Assembly (NCBI GenBank): GCA_001304015.1
Contig: LJUY01000006.1
Span: 22,605 to 86,604 of the forward strand
DNA from: a candidate division Zixibacteria bacterium SM23_81
Lineage (GTDB): Bacteria > SM23-81
DNA length: 64,000 nt
Direction: 5' to 3'
Shown: piece after piece, positions 39,217 to 48,784 of the stretch
Layout of the letters: each line of letters begins with the position of its first letter
Position numbering within the stretch: the first letter of the stretch is position 1
The notes under the pieces: model-generated
Seen by the model: the letters and a program-made list of their open reading frames with translations, nothing else
Told to the model about the DNA's origin: nothing
The model's database searches: none
Made by a program: the position numbers and the translations under genes

Positions 39217-42200
39217 TTACTTCTTCTGCAATTGTCTTTCCAAATTGGCCGACATTTGGCCCAAAGTTTGATTGACAAATTCTGCAAAAGGCACTTCTAT
39301 ATTAAGATTCTCTTCTATCAATGAGATTGCTCGAATGACCAAAAGCGAATGTCCTCCCAGATCAAAGAAATTGTCATGAAGCCCGACTTTATCAACGCCT
39401 AATACACCTCTCCAGATCTCAGCGATCTTTTTTTCCATGGAACTACGTGGCGCGATGTAATCCAACTTCTCTATTTCGTGACCCTCGCTCAATTGACGCA
39501 AAAGCTGGTAATCAATTTTACCATTAGGAGTGAGAGGAATGGCATCAAGTGGAATAAATTGAGAGGGAATCATGTAATCAGGAAGCACCTCTCTCAAGAA
39601 ACGCCGTAAGGACAAAGAGGAGACAAGCTCGTCACAGATGATATATGCGATTAACCTTTTATCTCCCTGGCCAATATCGGATGTTACTACAACGCAATCT
39701 TTGATGACTTCATGCTTGGACAGCGCTGATTCTATCTCACCTAATTCAATACGAAATCCCCGGATCTTCACCTGCTGGTCGATGCGCCCCAAAAACTCGA
39801 TGTTCCCATCGGGCAAATAGCGGGTCAAATCCCCTGTCTTGTACAAACGTGCGCCTGGCTTCTCATTGAAGACGTTGGGGACGAACTTCTCCGCTGTCAA
39901 CTCTGGATGCTTTAGATAACCCCTGGCCAGGCCCACACCTCCAATGTGCAATTCAGCCGGCACGCCAATGGGAACGGGTTGTAAATGGGCATCCAGCAGA
40001 AAAACTTGCGTGTTGCTAATAGGCCGACCAATAGGTGGCGTTCGCCTATCTTCTGCGCATTCAGCTACGGTTGACCAGATGGTATCTTCGGTGGGACCAT
40101 AGAGGTTAAAGATACGACGTCCCTTGATCCAGCGTGGAACGAGGTCTCCAGGACAGGCTTCTCCAGCTACATTGAGTATTCCCAACGCCGGTAATTTCTC
40201 GGTCGGTAAGGCACCCAGAACCGATGGGGTGAGTACCATACAAGTTATGCTCAAATCTTGCATTAACTTTATCAGGGCGGGGCCGGGTAGCAGGGTCTCC
40301 TCCTTCCCCAGGCAGAGCGTTGCTCCAACTCGCAAAGCCAAAACGATATCGAAGATTGATGCATCAAAACTAAAAGAAAAAAACTGCAGGACACGGTCGG
40401 TAGAGCCGAGCTTAAATGTCCTCATATGTGCGTCAGACACATTACATAGACCACCGTGCGTCACAAGGACGCCTTTGGGTTTACCCGTAGATCCCGAGGT
40501 GTAAATCACATAGGCCAGGTTGTCGGGCATCACACCGCTGATGGGATTCTTCTCGCTCAGTTCATGGATGGTGGCCCAATCTGTATCCAAGCAGACCACA
40601 CGTGCCCTATGCTCAGGCAATCCAGCGAGCAACTTTTCTTGAGTCAACAGCACCGGCACTTGGGAGTCTGACAGCATGAAGGCCAGGCGTTTCTTGGGAT
40701 AGGCCGGGTCTAAGGGCATAAACGCTCCGCCAGCCTTGAGCACACCGAGTAGTCCCACTATCATCTCCAATGACCGCTCCATGCATATCCCCACGGGCAC
40801 CTCTGGTCCCACGCCAAGATTCCGCAAGTGGTGCGCCAACTGATTGGCACGTGCATTCAAGGCACGATAGGTCAACTGCTCCCCTTCATAAACCACACCG
40901 ATGGCGTCGGGCGTCCGCCCCACCTGATCTTCAAACAGATGGTGGAAACACGTATTCTGGGGATAATCCGCCCCGGTATCGTTCCATTCCACGAGCATTT
41001 GGTGACGCTCTGTGGTTGAGAAAAGCGGAAGGTCCCAGATAGGCCGGTCTGGATGAGCAACAACGCCTTCCAGCAGAATCTGGTATTGTTTCGCCATCCG
41101 GGCAATAGTGGCAGCATCAAATAAGTCTGTATTGTACTCCAACGACCCGATCAGCCCTTCTCCTGTATCCTTCACGATCAGAGTCAAGTCAAACTTCGCT
41201 GTTCCTGTGTGGACCTCCTCCGCGGAGCCAAACACCAGTCCCGGGAGCTCCACATCCTGCCTGGGAGCATCCTGCAGAACAAACATCACCTGAAACAGCG
41301 GATTGCGGCTCATATCCCGCTCCGGCTGTATTTCCTCAACAAGTTTCTCAAAGGGCAGATCTTGATGAGCATAAGCCCTCAGTGCTTCTTGGCGCACTCG
41401 ATCTAACAATTCCCGAAAGGTTGGCCTTCCCGAGAGATCGGTCCGCATCACCAGTGTGTTGACGAAGAAGCCTATCAATCTCTCCAGCTCGGCCCGGTTA
41501 CGATTGGCGATAACCGAGCCCACAACGATGTCTTCCTGGCCGCTATAACGAGCGAGCAAGGTCACGAAGACCGCCAGCAGAGTCATAAACAGACTGGTCC
41601 CTGAACGTTGACTCAGGGCTCTTAGATTTCCTCTCAGTTGAGAATCGATCTCAAGGTGCTCGATACTCCCCTGGAAGGTCTGAACTGCCGGTCGAGGACG
41701 ATCAGTGGGAAGCTCCAGCACAGGGATATTGGCAAGATGATTCTTCCAGTAGGCCAGCTGTGCCTCCAACACATCTCCCTCTAAACAACGCCGTTGCCAA
41801 ATAGCATAGTCTGCATACTGAATGGGCAGTTCGGTCAGCGGTGAGGGTTTTTTGGAAGAGAAAGCCTCGTAGAGTGCCGCCAACTCCCGAAAGATGATTC
41901 CCAGAGACCAACCATCGGAGATAATGTGGTGCATGGTCACAAGCAACACATGCTCCTTTTCATCCAGACATAGGAGCTTGGCGCGCAGTAGCGGCCCACG
42001 GGTTAGGTTAAAAGTCCGCTTAGCCTCCTCAGCAGCCAGCCTTTGCAGCTCAGCCTCCTGTTCTGATCCCGGGAGTTCCCGAAGGGCAATCACTGGCAGG
42101 GTTAGGTTCTGAGCAGGGGTCACAACCTGAAATGGTTGTCCATCCAGCGCCACAAAAGCAGTCCGCAAGATTTCATGACGCCGCACGATTTCTCCGAGAG

Positions 42201-42501
42201 TCCGCTCGAGCGCCGCCACATCGAGCGAACCTCTCAGGCGCAAGTGCACAGGCATGTTGTAGAAAGGATTGTCAGAGACCAATTGTTCGAGAAACCACAA
42301 CCCCTGTTGGGAAAAGGAGGCCAACACGAACTTTCTATGTTCACCTAAAAGAGTGAGAATCTCTGCCTTACGTTTTGAAAGTTCCCTCCGCGAAGATGGC
42401 GTGAGAACTCCTTCAGGTGCACGACAGTGTACTTTACCACTCTCGGTCCAGAGTTCTACTCCCTTTTGTAAAAGGTTGGCTAGAAAGCTAACGGTATTCA
42501 T
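39217..42501 (-). CDS. Non-ribosomal peptide synthetase, module 2 (docking region-C-A-T)
   Basis: Condensation motif HHIISDGWS. Adenylation cores LTYRALNARANQLA, YTSGSTGKPKGV, FDASIFD, NLYGPTE, YKTGDL, GRIDQQVKIRGFRIELGEIE. Thiolation domain FFDLGGHSL. No TE or reductase domain. Confidence 0.95.
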   Translation of the reverse strand: MNTVSFLANLLQKGVELWTESGKVHCRAPEGVLTPSSRRELSKRKAEILTLLGEHRKFVLASFSQQGLWFLEQLVSDNPFYNMPVHLRLRGSLDVAALERTLGEIVRRHEILRTAFVALDGQPFQVVTPAQNLTLPVIALRELPGSEQEAELQRLAAEEAKRTFNLTRGPLLRAKLLCLDEKEHVLLVTMHHIISDGWSLGIIFRELAALYEAFSSKKPSPLTELPIQYADYAIWQRRCLEGDVLEAQLAYWKNHLANIPVLELPTDRPRPAVQTFQGSIEHLEIDSQLRGNLRALSQRSGTSLFMTLLAVFVTLLARYSGQEDIVVGSVIANRNRAELERLIGFFVNTLVMRTDLSGRPTFRELLDRVRQEALRAYAHQDLPFEKLVEEIQPERDMSRNPLFQVMFVLQDAPRQDVELPGLVFGSAEEVHTGTAKFDLTLIVKDTGEGLIGSLEYNTDLFDAATIARMAKQYQILLEGVVAHPDRPIWDLPLFSTTERHQMLVEWNDTGADYPQNTCFHHLFEDQVGRTPDAIGVVYEGEQLTYRALNARANQLAHHLRNLGVGPEVPVGICMERSLEMIVGLLGVLKAGGAFMPLDPAYPKKRLAFMLSDSQVPVLLTQEKLLAGLPEHRARVVCLDTDWATIHELSEKNPISGVMPDNLAYVIYTSGSTGKPKGVLVTHGGLCNVSDAHMRTFKLGSTDRVLQFFSFSFDASIFDIVLALRVGATLCLGKEETLLPGPALIKLMQDLSITCMVLTPSVLGALPTEKLPALGILNVAGEACPGDLVPRWIKGRRIFNLYGPTEDTIWSTVAECAEDRRTPPIGRPISNTQVFLLDAHLQPVPIGVPAELHIGGVGLARGYLKHPELTAEKFVPNVFNEKPGARLYKTGDLTRYLPDGNIEFLGRIDQQVKIRGFRIELGEIESALSKHEVIKDCVVVTSDIGQGDKRLIAYIICDELVSSLSLRRFLREVLPDYMIPSQFIPLDAIPLTPNGKIDYQLLRQLSEGHEIEKLDYIAPRSSMEKKIAEIWRGVLGVDKVGLHDNFFDLGGHSLLVIRAISLIEENLNIEVPFAEFVNQTLGQMSANLERQLQKK

Positions 42502-45500
42502 AGCTCTAACTTCTCAAAGTCCTCACGAGAGGTGATGGTGTCGATTTCAGTAGCCGACTGAGCCTTGAGGATGTCTCCATTAGCCTGGGTAAAGCCGGCT
42601 ATCGTGGGTGCCTCAAATACGCTACTGAGAGGAAGCTCCACCTTAAAGGTGTCTCGGATGTGGGACACCACCTGCATGGTAAGCAATGAGTGTCCTCCCA
42701 ACTCAAAGAAATTATCGTGCACACCGACGCGTTCAACCCCGAGTACTTGGGCCCAGATTCTGGCCAGAATTTCCTCAACTGGATTTCGTGGAGCAACAAA
42801 GTCCTTTTCCAATTCAGGTCTTATTCGCTCCGGTGCAGGAAGCCGCTGACGGTCTACCTTCTTGTTGGGCGTTAGGGGAAGCGCCTGCAGCATCATGAAA
42901 GAAGAGGGAACCATATAATCTGGCAATTTCTTGCGCAGGAAACCACTCAATTCATTGATTGTGGGTGTCTGCTGCTGCTGTGGAACCACATAGGCCACCA
43001 GGCGTTTGTCACCAGGCTGATCCTCCCGAGCCATAACAACGGTCTCTCGCACAGCAGGGTGTCCTACCAGTACAGTTTCAATTTCTCCCAACTCGATGCG
43101 GAAACCGCGAACCTTTACCTGATAATCAAGGCGACCGATAAACTCGATGTTGCCGTCGGGCAGGTAGCGGGCCAGATCCCCAGTTTTGTACAGGCGCGCT
43201 CCCGGCTCCGCGCTGAAGGGGTTGGGGATGAACTGCTCAGCCGTCATCTCAGGGTAGTTCAGATAGCCTCGGGCAAGGCCAGCGCCGCCCAGGTACAGTT
43301 CGCCAAGAACTCCAATGGGAACAGACTGGAGATGTCGGTCCTGTAGATAGACTTGCGTATTAGCGATGGGGCGGCCGATGGGCGGTGATCCCGTGGCCTC
43401 CCCCCTCACCAAGGCAAATGTAGAATAGGTGGTGTCTTCCGAGGGGCCGTAGAGATTAAAGACCTGTTGAATCGTGTTCTGCTGATAGATCTGCTGCACA
43501 AGATGTTTCTGGAGCGGTTCCCCAGCCAAGTTCACGGTGTGCACCGAGGCAGGGATGCTATCGGCTCTCACCAACTCGGCTATCGTGGAGGGAACCGTGT
43601 TGATCAGGGTTACATCATTGGCGGCGGGTAAAGTGCGCAAATGTAATGCATTCTTGACCAAAATAACCTTGCCACCCCAGCTCAGAGGCACAAACTGCTC
43701 AAAGATCGACAGGTCAAAGCAGATTGATGTAGACAGCAAGACGCTAGCAAAATCCTCTGGAGCAAAGACTTCTCTCGCCCAGTTCAACATCACCACGGTG
43801 CTATGATGCTCGATACCCACCCCTTTAGGCCTGCCGGTAGACCCCGAGGTATAGAGCACGTAGGCCATGTTATTGGCTGTCACATCAGTGACGGGGGTTC
43901 GCGCGCTCTCGCGAGCAATAATCTCCCTATCTGCATCTAGGCATACCACACTTGTTTCCTCTTTGGAAAACCGATGAGCTAACCGCTGTTGGGTCAATAG
44001 CACTGGTGCTTGGGTGTCCTCCAGCATGAAGGCCAGACGCTCTTTTGGATACCATGGATCAAATGGAACGTAGGCTCCACCGGCTTTGAGAATACCAAGT
44101 AGCCCCACCATCATCTCTACCGATCTCTCGACGCAAATACCCACTAATACCTCAGGCCCTACACCCAGCTTTTGCAGGTAGTGCGCCAGTTGATTGGCTT
44201 GGCTGTTTAGCTCTCGGTAGGTCAGCTGCTCATCTTCAAAAACCAAAGCGATGGCGTCCGGAGTCTGATCCACTTGATCTTCAAACAACTGATGGATACA
44301 CTTTTCCTCAGCATACTCTCTATGAGTGTCGTTCCAGTCTAATATCAACTGATGTCTCTCGGCCTCGGTCAGCAAAGACAATTCCGAAAGCCGTTGCTGT
44401 GGATTCTCTACAATGCCTTCCAAGAGGGTTTGCAAATGCCCCAGCATGCGAGCAATGGTAGCGTCGTTGAAGTAATGTCGATCGTATCCAATCTCCAGCA
44501 AAAGTTCTGGCTCTGAATATCCGGACAGTACCAAGGGATAATTCGTCTGACCGGTGAACCGAACTTCTCGCTTCTCCCAACCACCACCCTCCGCCTGCAA
44601 AATAGAATGAAATGTGAAGTTCTCGAACACTACCAGGCTTTCAAATAATGGTTTACCCGCGGGTATGTCACTCCATTCCATAATTCTTGGCAGTGGCGTG
44701 TGCTCATACTCTCGTAATGCCACCCACTGCGCCCGAAGTTCCTTCAACAATAGCAGTAACGACTTTTCAGGAGACAGGGATGCCCGCATTGGAAGGGTGT
44801 TGAGAAGTATTCCCACCATGGATTCAATTCCCTCCAGAGCCGAATGACGACAGGCTCTTGTGGCTCCAAAAACCACATCCTCTTCGCCGCTATAGCGGCT
44901 CAGGAGCAGGACCCAAGCTCCTTGTATGAGGGTGTTGAGGGTTAATTCATGTCGTTCAGCCAGGGATCGCAATGCTGTCGTCATGGTTTCCGTGAGTCGA
45001 ATTCCTTTCTCTTTATAATCCCCTTTCTCAACAGACTTATCACCATGGACGCGGTCTACGACCAAAGGTGTGGGAGCGGTGAAGCCTTTGAGCGTACGTC
45101 GCCAGAAAGTCTCTGCCTCAGTCAGGTCCTGTTCCTCCAGCCAATTGATGTAGTCCCGATAAGGAGGGGCATGTTTGAGGGACAAGTCCTGGTTCTGAGA
45201 AAAAGCTTCGTAAAAGGCAAAGATCTCTAACCAGAGTAAATAGGCAGATCGACCATCTAACAAGGCATGGTGCAAGGTCCAGATGAACCGGTAGTCGGCC
45301 TGGCCCACTCGAAAAAGCGCCAAGCGCACAAGGGGGGCCTCGGTGAGTTCGAAACTACGACATCGATCCGTCTGGAGATATGACAAGAGCCGGCTTTTCT
45401 GCTCCTCCGTAGGAAGATCCCGCCAGTCTTGTTCTTCGAATGGGAGGGTAACATGCGTGTGTACGTCCTGAAGAGGCTCCTTGAGCCCCTCCCAACGGAA

Positions 45501-45704
45501 ACTTGTTCTTAAGATGGCGTGCCGTTCCGCAACTCGCTGCCAGGCCCTCTTGAAGGCAGAGACGTTTAGGTCTTCATGGAAAGCACAGATAAACTGCACA
45601 TGATATACGCCGGACTGTCGCGTATTTAGGCTATGGAAGAGCATGCCCTGCTGTACGGGTGAAAGGCGGTATGAATCTTCGATATTCTCTGTTTTCATTC
45701 GCAT
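42498..45704 (-). CDS. Non-ribosomal peptide synthetase, module 1 (starter C-A-T)
   Basis: N-terminal C domain (LSPVQQGMLF, HHALLDGRS). A-domain cores (LTYRELNSQANQLA, YTSGSTGRPKGV, FDLSIFE, NLYGPSE, YKTGDL, GRLDYQVKVRGFRIELGEIE). T domain FFELGGHSL. Overlaps module 2 by 4 nt. Confidence 0.95.
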   Translation of the reverse strand: MRMKTENIEDSYRLSPVQQGMLFHSLNTRQSGVYHVQFICAFHEDLNVSAFKRAWQRVAERHAILRTSFRWEGLKEPLQDVHTHVTLPFEEQDWRDLPTEEQKSRLLSYLQTDRCRSFELTEAPLVRLALFRVGQADYRFIWTLHHALLDGRSAYLLWLEIFAFYEAFSQNQDLSLKHAPPYRDYINWLEEQDLTEAETFWRRTLKGFTAPTPLVVDRVHGDKSVEKGDYKEKGIRLTETMTTALRSLAERHELTLNTLIQGAWVLLLSRYSGEEDVVFGATRACRHSALEGIESMVGILLNTLPMRASLSPEKSLLLLLKELRAQWVALREYEHTPLPRIMEWSDIPAGKPLFESLVVFENFTFHSILQAEGGGWEKREVRFTGQTNYPLVLSGYSEPELLLEIGYDRHYFNDATIARMLGHLQTLLEGIVENPQQRLSELSLLTEAERHQLILDWNDTHREYAEEKCIHQLFEDQVDQTPDAIALVFEDEQLTYRELNSQANQLAHYLQKLGVGPEVLVGICVERSVEMMVGLLGILKAGGAYVPFDPWYPKERLAFMLEDTQAPVLLTQQRLAHRFSKEETSVVCLDADREIIARESARTPVTDVTANNMAYVLYTSGSTGRPKGVGIEHHSTVVMLNWAREVFAPEDFASVLLSTSICFDLSIFEQFVPLSWGGKVILVKNALHLRTLPAANDVTLINTVPSTIAELVRADSIPASVHTVNLAGEPLQKHLVQQIYQQNTIQQVFNLYGPSEDTTYSTFALVRGEATGSPPIGRPIANTQVYLQDRHLQSVPIGVLGELYLGGAGLARGYLNYPEMTAEQFIPNPFSAEPGARLYKTGDLARYLPDGNIEFIGRLDYQVKVRGFRIELGEIETVLVGHPAVRETVVMAREDQPGDKRLVAYVVPQQQQTPTINELSGFLRKKLPDYMVPSSFMMLQALPLTPNKKVDRQRLPAPERIRPELEKDFVAPRNPVEEILARIWAQVLGVERVGVHDNFFELGGHSLLTMQVVSHIRDTFKVELPLSSVFEAPTIAGFTQANGDILKAQSATEIDTITSREDFEKLEL

Positions 45705-45824
45705 TTTCTCTCTCGGCTTGACCGATTTTGATGATCAGATGGAAACCAGATAGGGCGGCCAGCTGCTTTTTGTATACAGGAATTAAACCGCTCTCTTTTG
45801 TCGGTAACTCACAATTTTACCAAA

Positions 45825-46457
45825 CTATGCCTCTACAAACTCAAGATGCCCTTGACCTGTTAGGGTATTGAGATCAATGTCAGCGACACACTGGACTTTA
45901 ACGTAATTAAGCGTCAGACCCCCCACAAGATGAGCATTCCCAGTTTGGTTATCGAAATCGGCCTGGTTTAAATCGGTCGTACCATGATCAAGTCTAACTC
46001 CCAGCTCTGTCCCCCCCCTTGTATCCGTGAACTTAACAAGGATATATCCTCGATCGATAGCTTCTCTAAAGAGTTTAACAGTCTTTTCAGGTCGCAGAGC
46101 TATTTCCACTGGATGATCGCCTTCTGAAAGAAATTGTCCCAAATCGTCCCTCGGGTCTTTCTTTTTATTTTTCTCTGCCTCATTTACTTTCAAGGCTTTT
46201 TCCTTATCTCCTTCCTCTCTCTTTTGGGCCATCTCCTCCATTTTCTTTCTGAGACTGAGTGGCCGCATATCCGTCCAGACTTTCTTTATGAAAGCCAGGC
46301 ACTCATCTTTAGACCCACTTTGACCAACCTTTTTCCAGCCAAGAGGCGGATTTCCTTTATGCTCAAGCCAAATAGAATACTGCTCTTCTTGATTTACGAC
46401 GACTTCGTATGTCGTCGTGTCCTCCTGGTTGTCTCTATTCATCTCGCCATCCTCCAA
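45825..46457 (-). CDS. MbtH-like protein fused to a C-terminal domain of unknown function
   Basis: The N-terminal ~70 aa (YEVVVNQEEQYSIWLEHKGNPPLGWKKVG...CLAFIKKVWTDMRP) match the MbtH signature. A K/E-rich linker and a ~100-aa beta-rich C-terminal domain follow. Confidence 0.75.
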   Translation of the reverse strand: MEDGEMNRDNQEDTTTYEVVVNQEEQYSIWLEHKGNPPLGWKKVGQSGSKDECLAFIKKVWTDMRPLSLRKKMEEMAQKREEGDKEKALKVNEAEKNKKKDPRDDLGQFLSEGDHPVEIALRPEKTVKLFREAIDRGYILVKFTDTRGGTELGVRLDHGTTDLNQADFDNQTGNAHLVGGLTLNYVKVQCVADIDLNTLTGQGHLEFVEA

Positions 46458-46754
46458 ATGGAGCCGTCTATCGAATTCTTTGACAGCCTTTCCAGTGAGA
46501 TGACACCCTACCTGATCTCTTTAGCTGCATTTCTCCAACGAAAGATAAAAAGGAAAGAGCGTCACCACTTTATCGACCTTGATTACGAAGTGCGCTCAGC
46601 GACCAGCTAGCGTGAAAGAGTTCAGTGACCCTGACAGCAGAAAAAGGACTACATTTCCGCAGGCTCTGGCAATTTATAGCAGATCAGGTAAGGCCCTTCC
46701 AATTTTCCACTGACTTCCTGGTGCGCCCATCTTCCCCGGATTCCCCTGAGCACT

Positions 46755-48116
46755 TTACACAGCCACACGCCCATCTACATCCTGGGGCACGCGAACGTCC
46801 ATCATGCTCAGAATGGTGGGCATAAGATCCATAATCTCCACATCTTCCTGTACAGAGCGCCGACCCAGCACCAACAAAAAAGCATCATCGTAAGTGTGCA
46901 TACCCACTAAGGCCGTTTTTTCAAACAACAAAGCTTTCTTAACATCCGCCTTGAGATCAAATCCATCAGTGGGAATGGCGATGAGATCTGCCGCCTGGAA
47001 CAGACTATCCCCGTGATAAATCTCCTCCCTCCTCGCTACCTTCCGGATGACCCTCTCCCCTGTATCTGGGTTCCGAAGCTCTAGGAGACCCTCGGCTACC
47101 TCCCCTCTGACTCGATCATAATCAGAGGGGTCTACACTTCCCTTGGGTTCCCGCCCCTTCATGTTGATGTAGATGCGCCCGGGAAGGAGCGTGTAGGCTT
47201 TGGAGCTGGGATGAATATCCTGGAGGCTCTCAGGTGGATTCTCTCCGAATCTCAGCCATCCCTTCTCCAATAAATATCGACTGAGATTCACCTCTTTCTT
47301 AACGGTGCAAAAGCCGTGGTCGGACAACAGGATAAAGGTAACATCATCGTTCATCCTATTGTGGAACATACCTAGAATCTCGTCGATCTGCTCATAGTAA
47401 TTCAGGAAGGGCGTTTTGTATTCGGGATGTTCCTGCTCCATATGCTCCCACATGAAGTGATTAATTCTATCGGTGCCCATAACATGGAGCTGAAAATAAT
47501 CCCAGGACTGGCGGTCCATGAAATAGGACACGGCCTGAATTCTCCTTTCCAAGGTAATGCGCAAGTCCTCCAAGAACTTGTCCAAGGATTCCCGGGCCTG
47601 GGCAGAATCCACGTCGATTCGGTAACCCATCTGTTCCAGCTGTCCAGCGATCTCCCTGGGGAATGTGGCCTTTTTCAGGTTGGTGGCCAAAAAGCCAGCC
47701 ACCAATATTCCGTTTACGGATCTGACTGGATATGTGACCGGAACGTTGATGACCACGACCCTCTTTCCTCGTTCGCTGAGGATCTCCCACAGAGTCTTGC
47801 TGGTCATGTTCAAAGAGGTGGGTATGAACATCTCGTAGGAGCTAGGACGGTGATCCACGAAGCCGAAGATGCCATGCTTTCCCGGATTTTTCCCGGTCAT
47901 GAAGGTGGACCAGGCCACTGAGGAGATGGTGGGTAATACGGATCTCATCCTGGTGAATGAGCCTTCTTCCACCATCTTGGCAAGGTGCGGAAGCCGTCCT
48001 TGGGACATCTGTGCTTCCAGGAAGCTATAAGGGACACCGTCGAGGCTGAGAACGAAAACGCGGCGTTTTTTTGGCCTAGTTCTAAAAAAAGCCATGTCCT
48101 GTGTTCCTCTGCTCAT
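46755..48116 (-). CDS. AlkP-superfamily PF01663 (type I phosphodiesterase / nucleotide pyrophosphatase-like) protein, paralog 1
   Basis: N-terminal metal-site VLSLDG. LPTISSVAW...GKNPGKHGIFGF aligns to the NPP nucleophile region P-S-x-T-F-P-N-H. The start is probably the ATG at 48095 (AGAGGA upstream). Confidence 0.75.
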   Translation of the reverse strand: MSRGTQDMAFFRTRPKKRRVFVLSLDGVPYSFLEAQMSQGRLPHLAKMVEEGSFTRMRSVLPTISSVAWSTFMTGKNPGKHGIFGFVDHRPSSYEMFIPTSLNMTSKTLWEILSERGKRVVVINVPVTYPVRSVNGILVAGFLATNLKKATFPREIAGQLEQMGYRIDVDSAQARESLDKFLEDLRITLERRIQAVSYFMDRQSWDYFQLHVMGTDRINHFMWEHMEQEHPEYKTPFLNYYEQIDEILGMFHNRMNDDVTFILLSDHGFCTVKKEVNLSRYLLEKGWLRFGENPPESLQDIHPSSKAYTLLPGRIYINMKGREPKGSVDPSDYDRVRGEVAEGLLELRNPDTGERVIRKVARREEIYHGDSLFQAADLIAIPTDGFDLKADVKKALLFEKTALVGMHTYDDAFLLVLGRRSVQEDVEIMDLMPTILSMMDVRVPQDVDGRVAV

Positions 48117-48129
48117 TCAATCTGTGGAC

Positions 48130-48765
48130 TTAGAGATACCCGAGATCCTCTAGCCTTCTCTGGATCTTCTCTTCCTCTTCCTGGGAATAAACCTCATCCT
48201 CCTCCAGCGAAGCCATCTGGTCTGCCACCGTTGACAGGGCCGGAACGTAACCCAATTCTTCTAGCTTCCGGATGACCGTATCTCGACATTCCTCTGGGCC
48301 AGTCTTATCGACCTTTAGGAGAACTTCTGGATGAAGCGGCTCTTCATAAGGATCGTCCACCCCAGTGAAGTCCTTAATCTCTCCCGCCCTGGCCTTCTTG
48401 TACATGCCCTTCACATCTCTTTGCTCACAGACCGCCACAGGGGCAGCCACAAAGACTTCCACAAAGTTGGTGGTCTCCCTTCTGGCATTGTCTCTTGCCT
48501 CTCTATATGGAGAGACAAAAGAAACCAGCACAGCTACCCCATTTCGACTTAACAGCTTGGCTACGAAAGTGACTCGCTCGATGTTTTTGTCTCGGTCCTC
48601 TTTGGAAAAACCCAAATCGCGGGTCAGGCTCTGTCTGACGATGTCTCCATCCAGACGCTCGACCCTCAAATTTCTCCTCTTCAACTCTTCGGCCACCAAA
48701 TCGGCCACCGTCGTCTTGCCGGAGCAGGGAAGCCCTGTGAACCACACGGTACATCCTGGTTGCAT
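48130..48765 (-). CDS. cysC: Adenylylsulfate (APS) kinase
   Basis: P-loop GLPCSGKTT, LDGDIVRQSL and a ~40-aa acidic C-terminal tail. Confidence 0.9.
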   Translation of the reverse strand: MQPGCTVWFTGLPCSGKTTVADLVAEELKRRNLRVERLDGDIVRQSLTRDLGFSKEDRDKNIERVTFVAKLLSRNGVAVLVSFVSPYREARDNARRETTNFVEVFVAAPVAVCEQRDVKGMYKKARAGEIKDFTGVDDPYEEPLHPEVLLKVDKTGPEECRDTVIRKLEELGYVPALSTVADQMASLEEDEVYSQEEEEKIQRRLEDLGYL

Positions 48766-48784
48766 TTTAGGATCCTCCTTGAAC

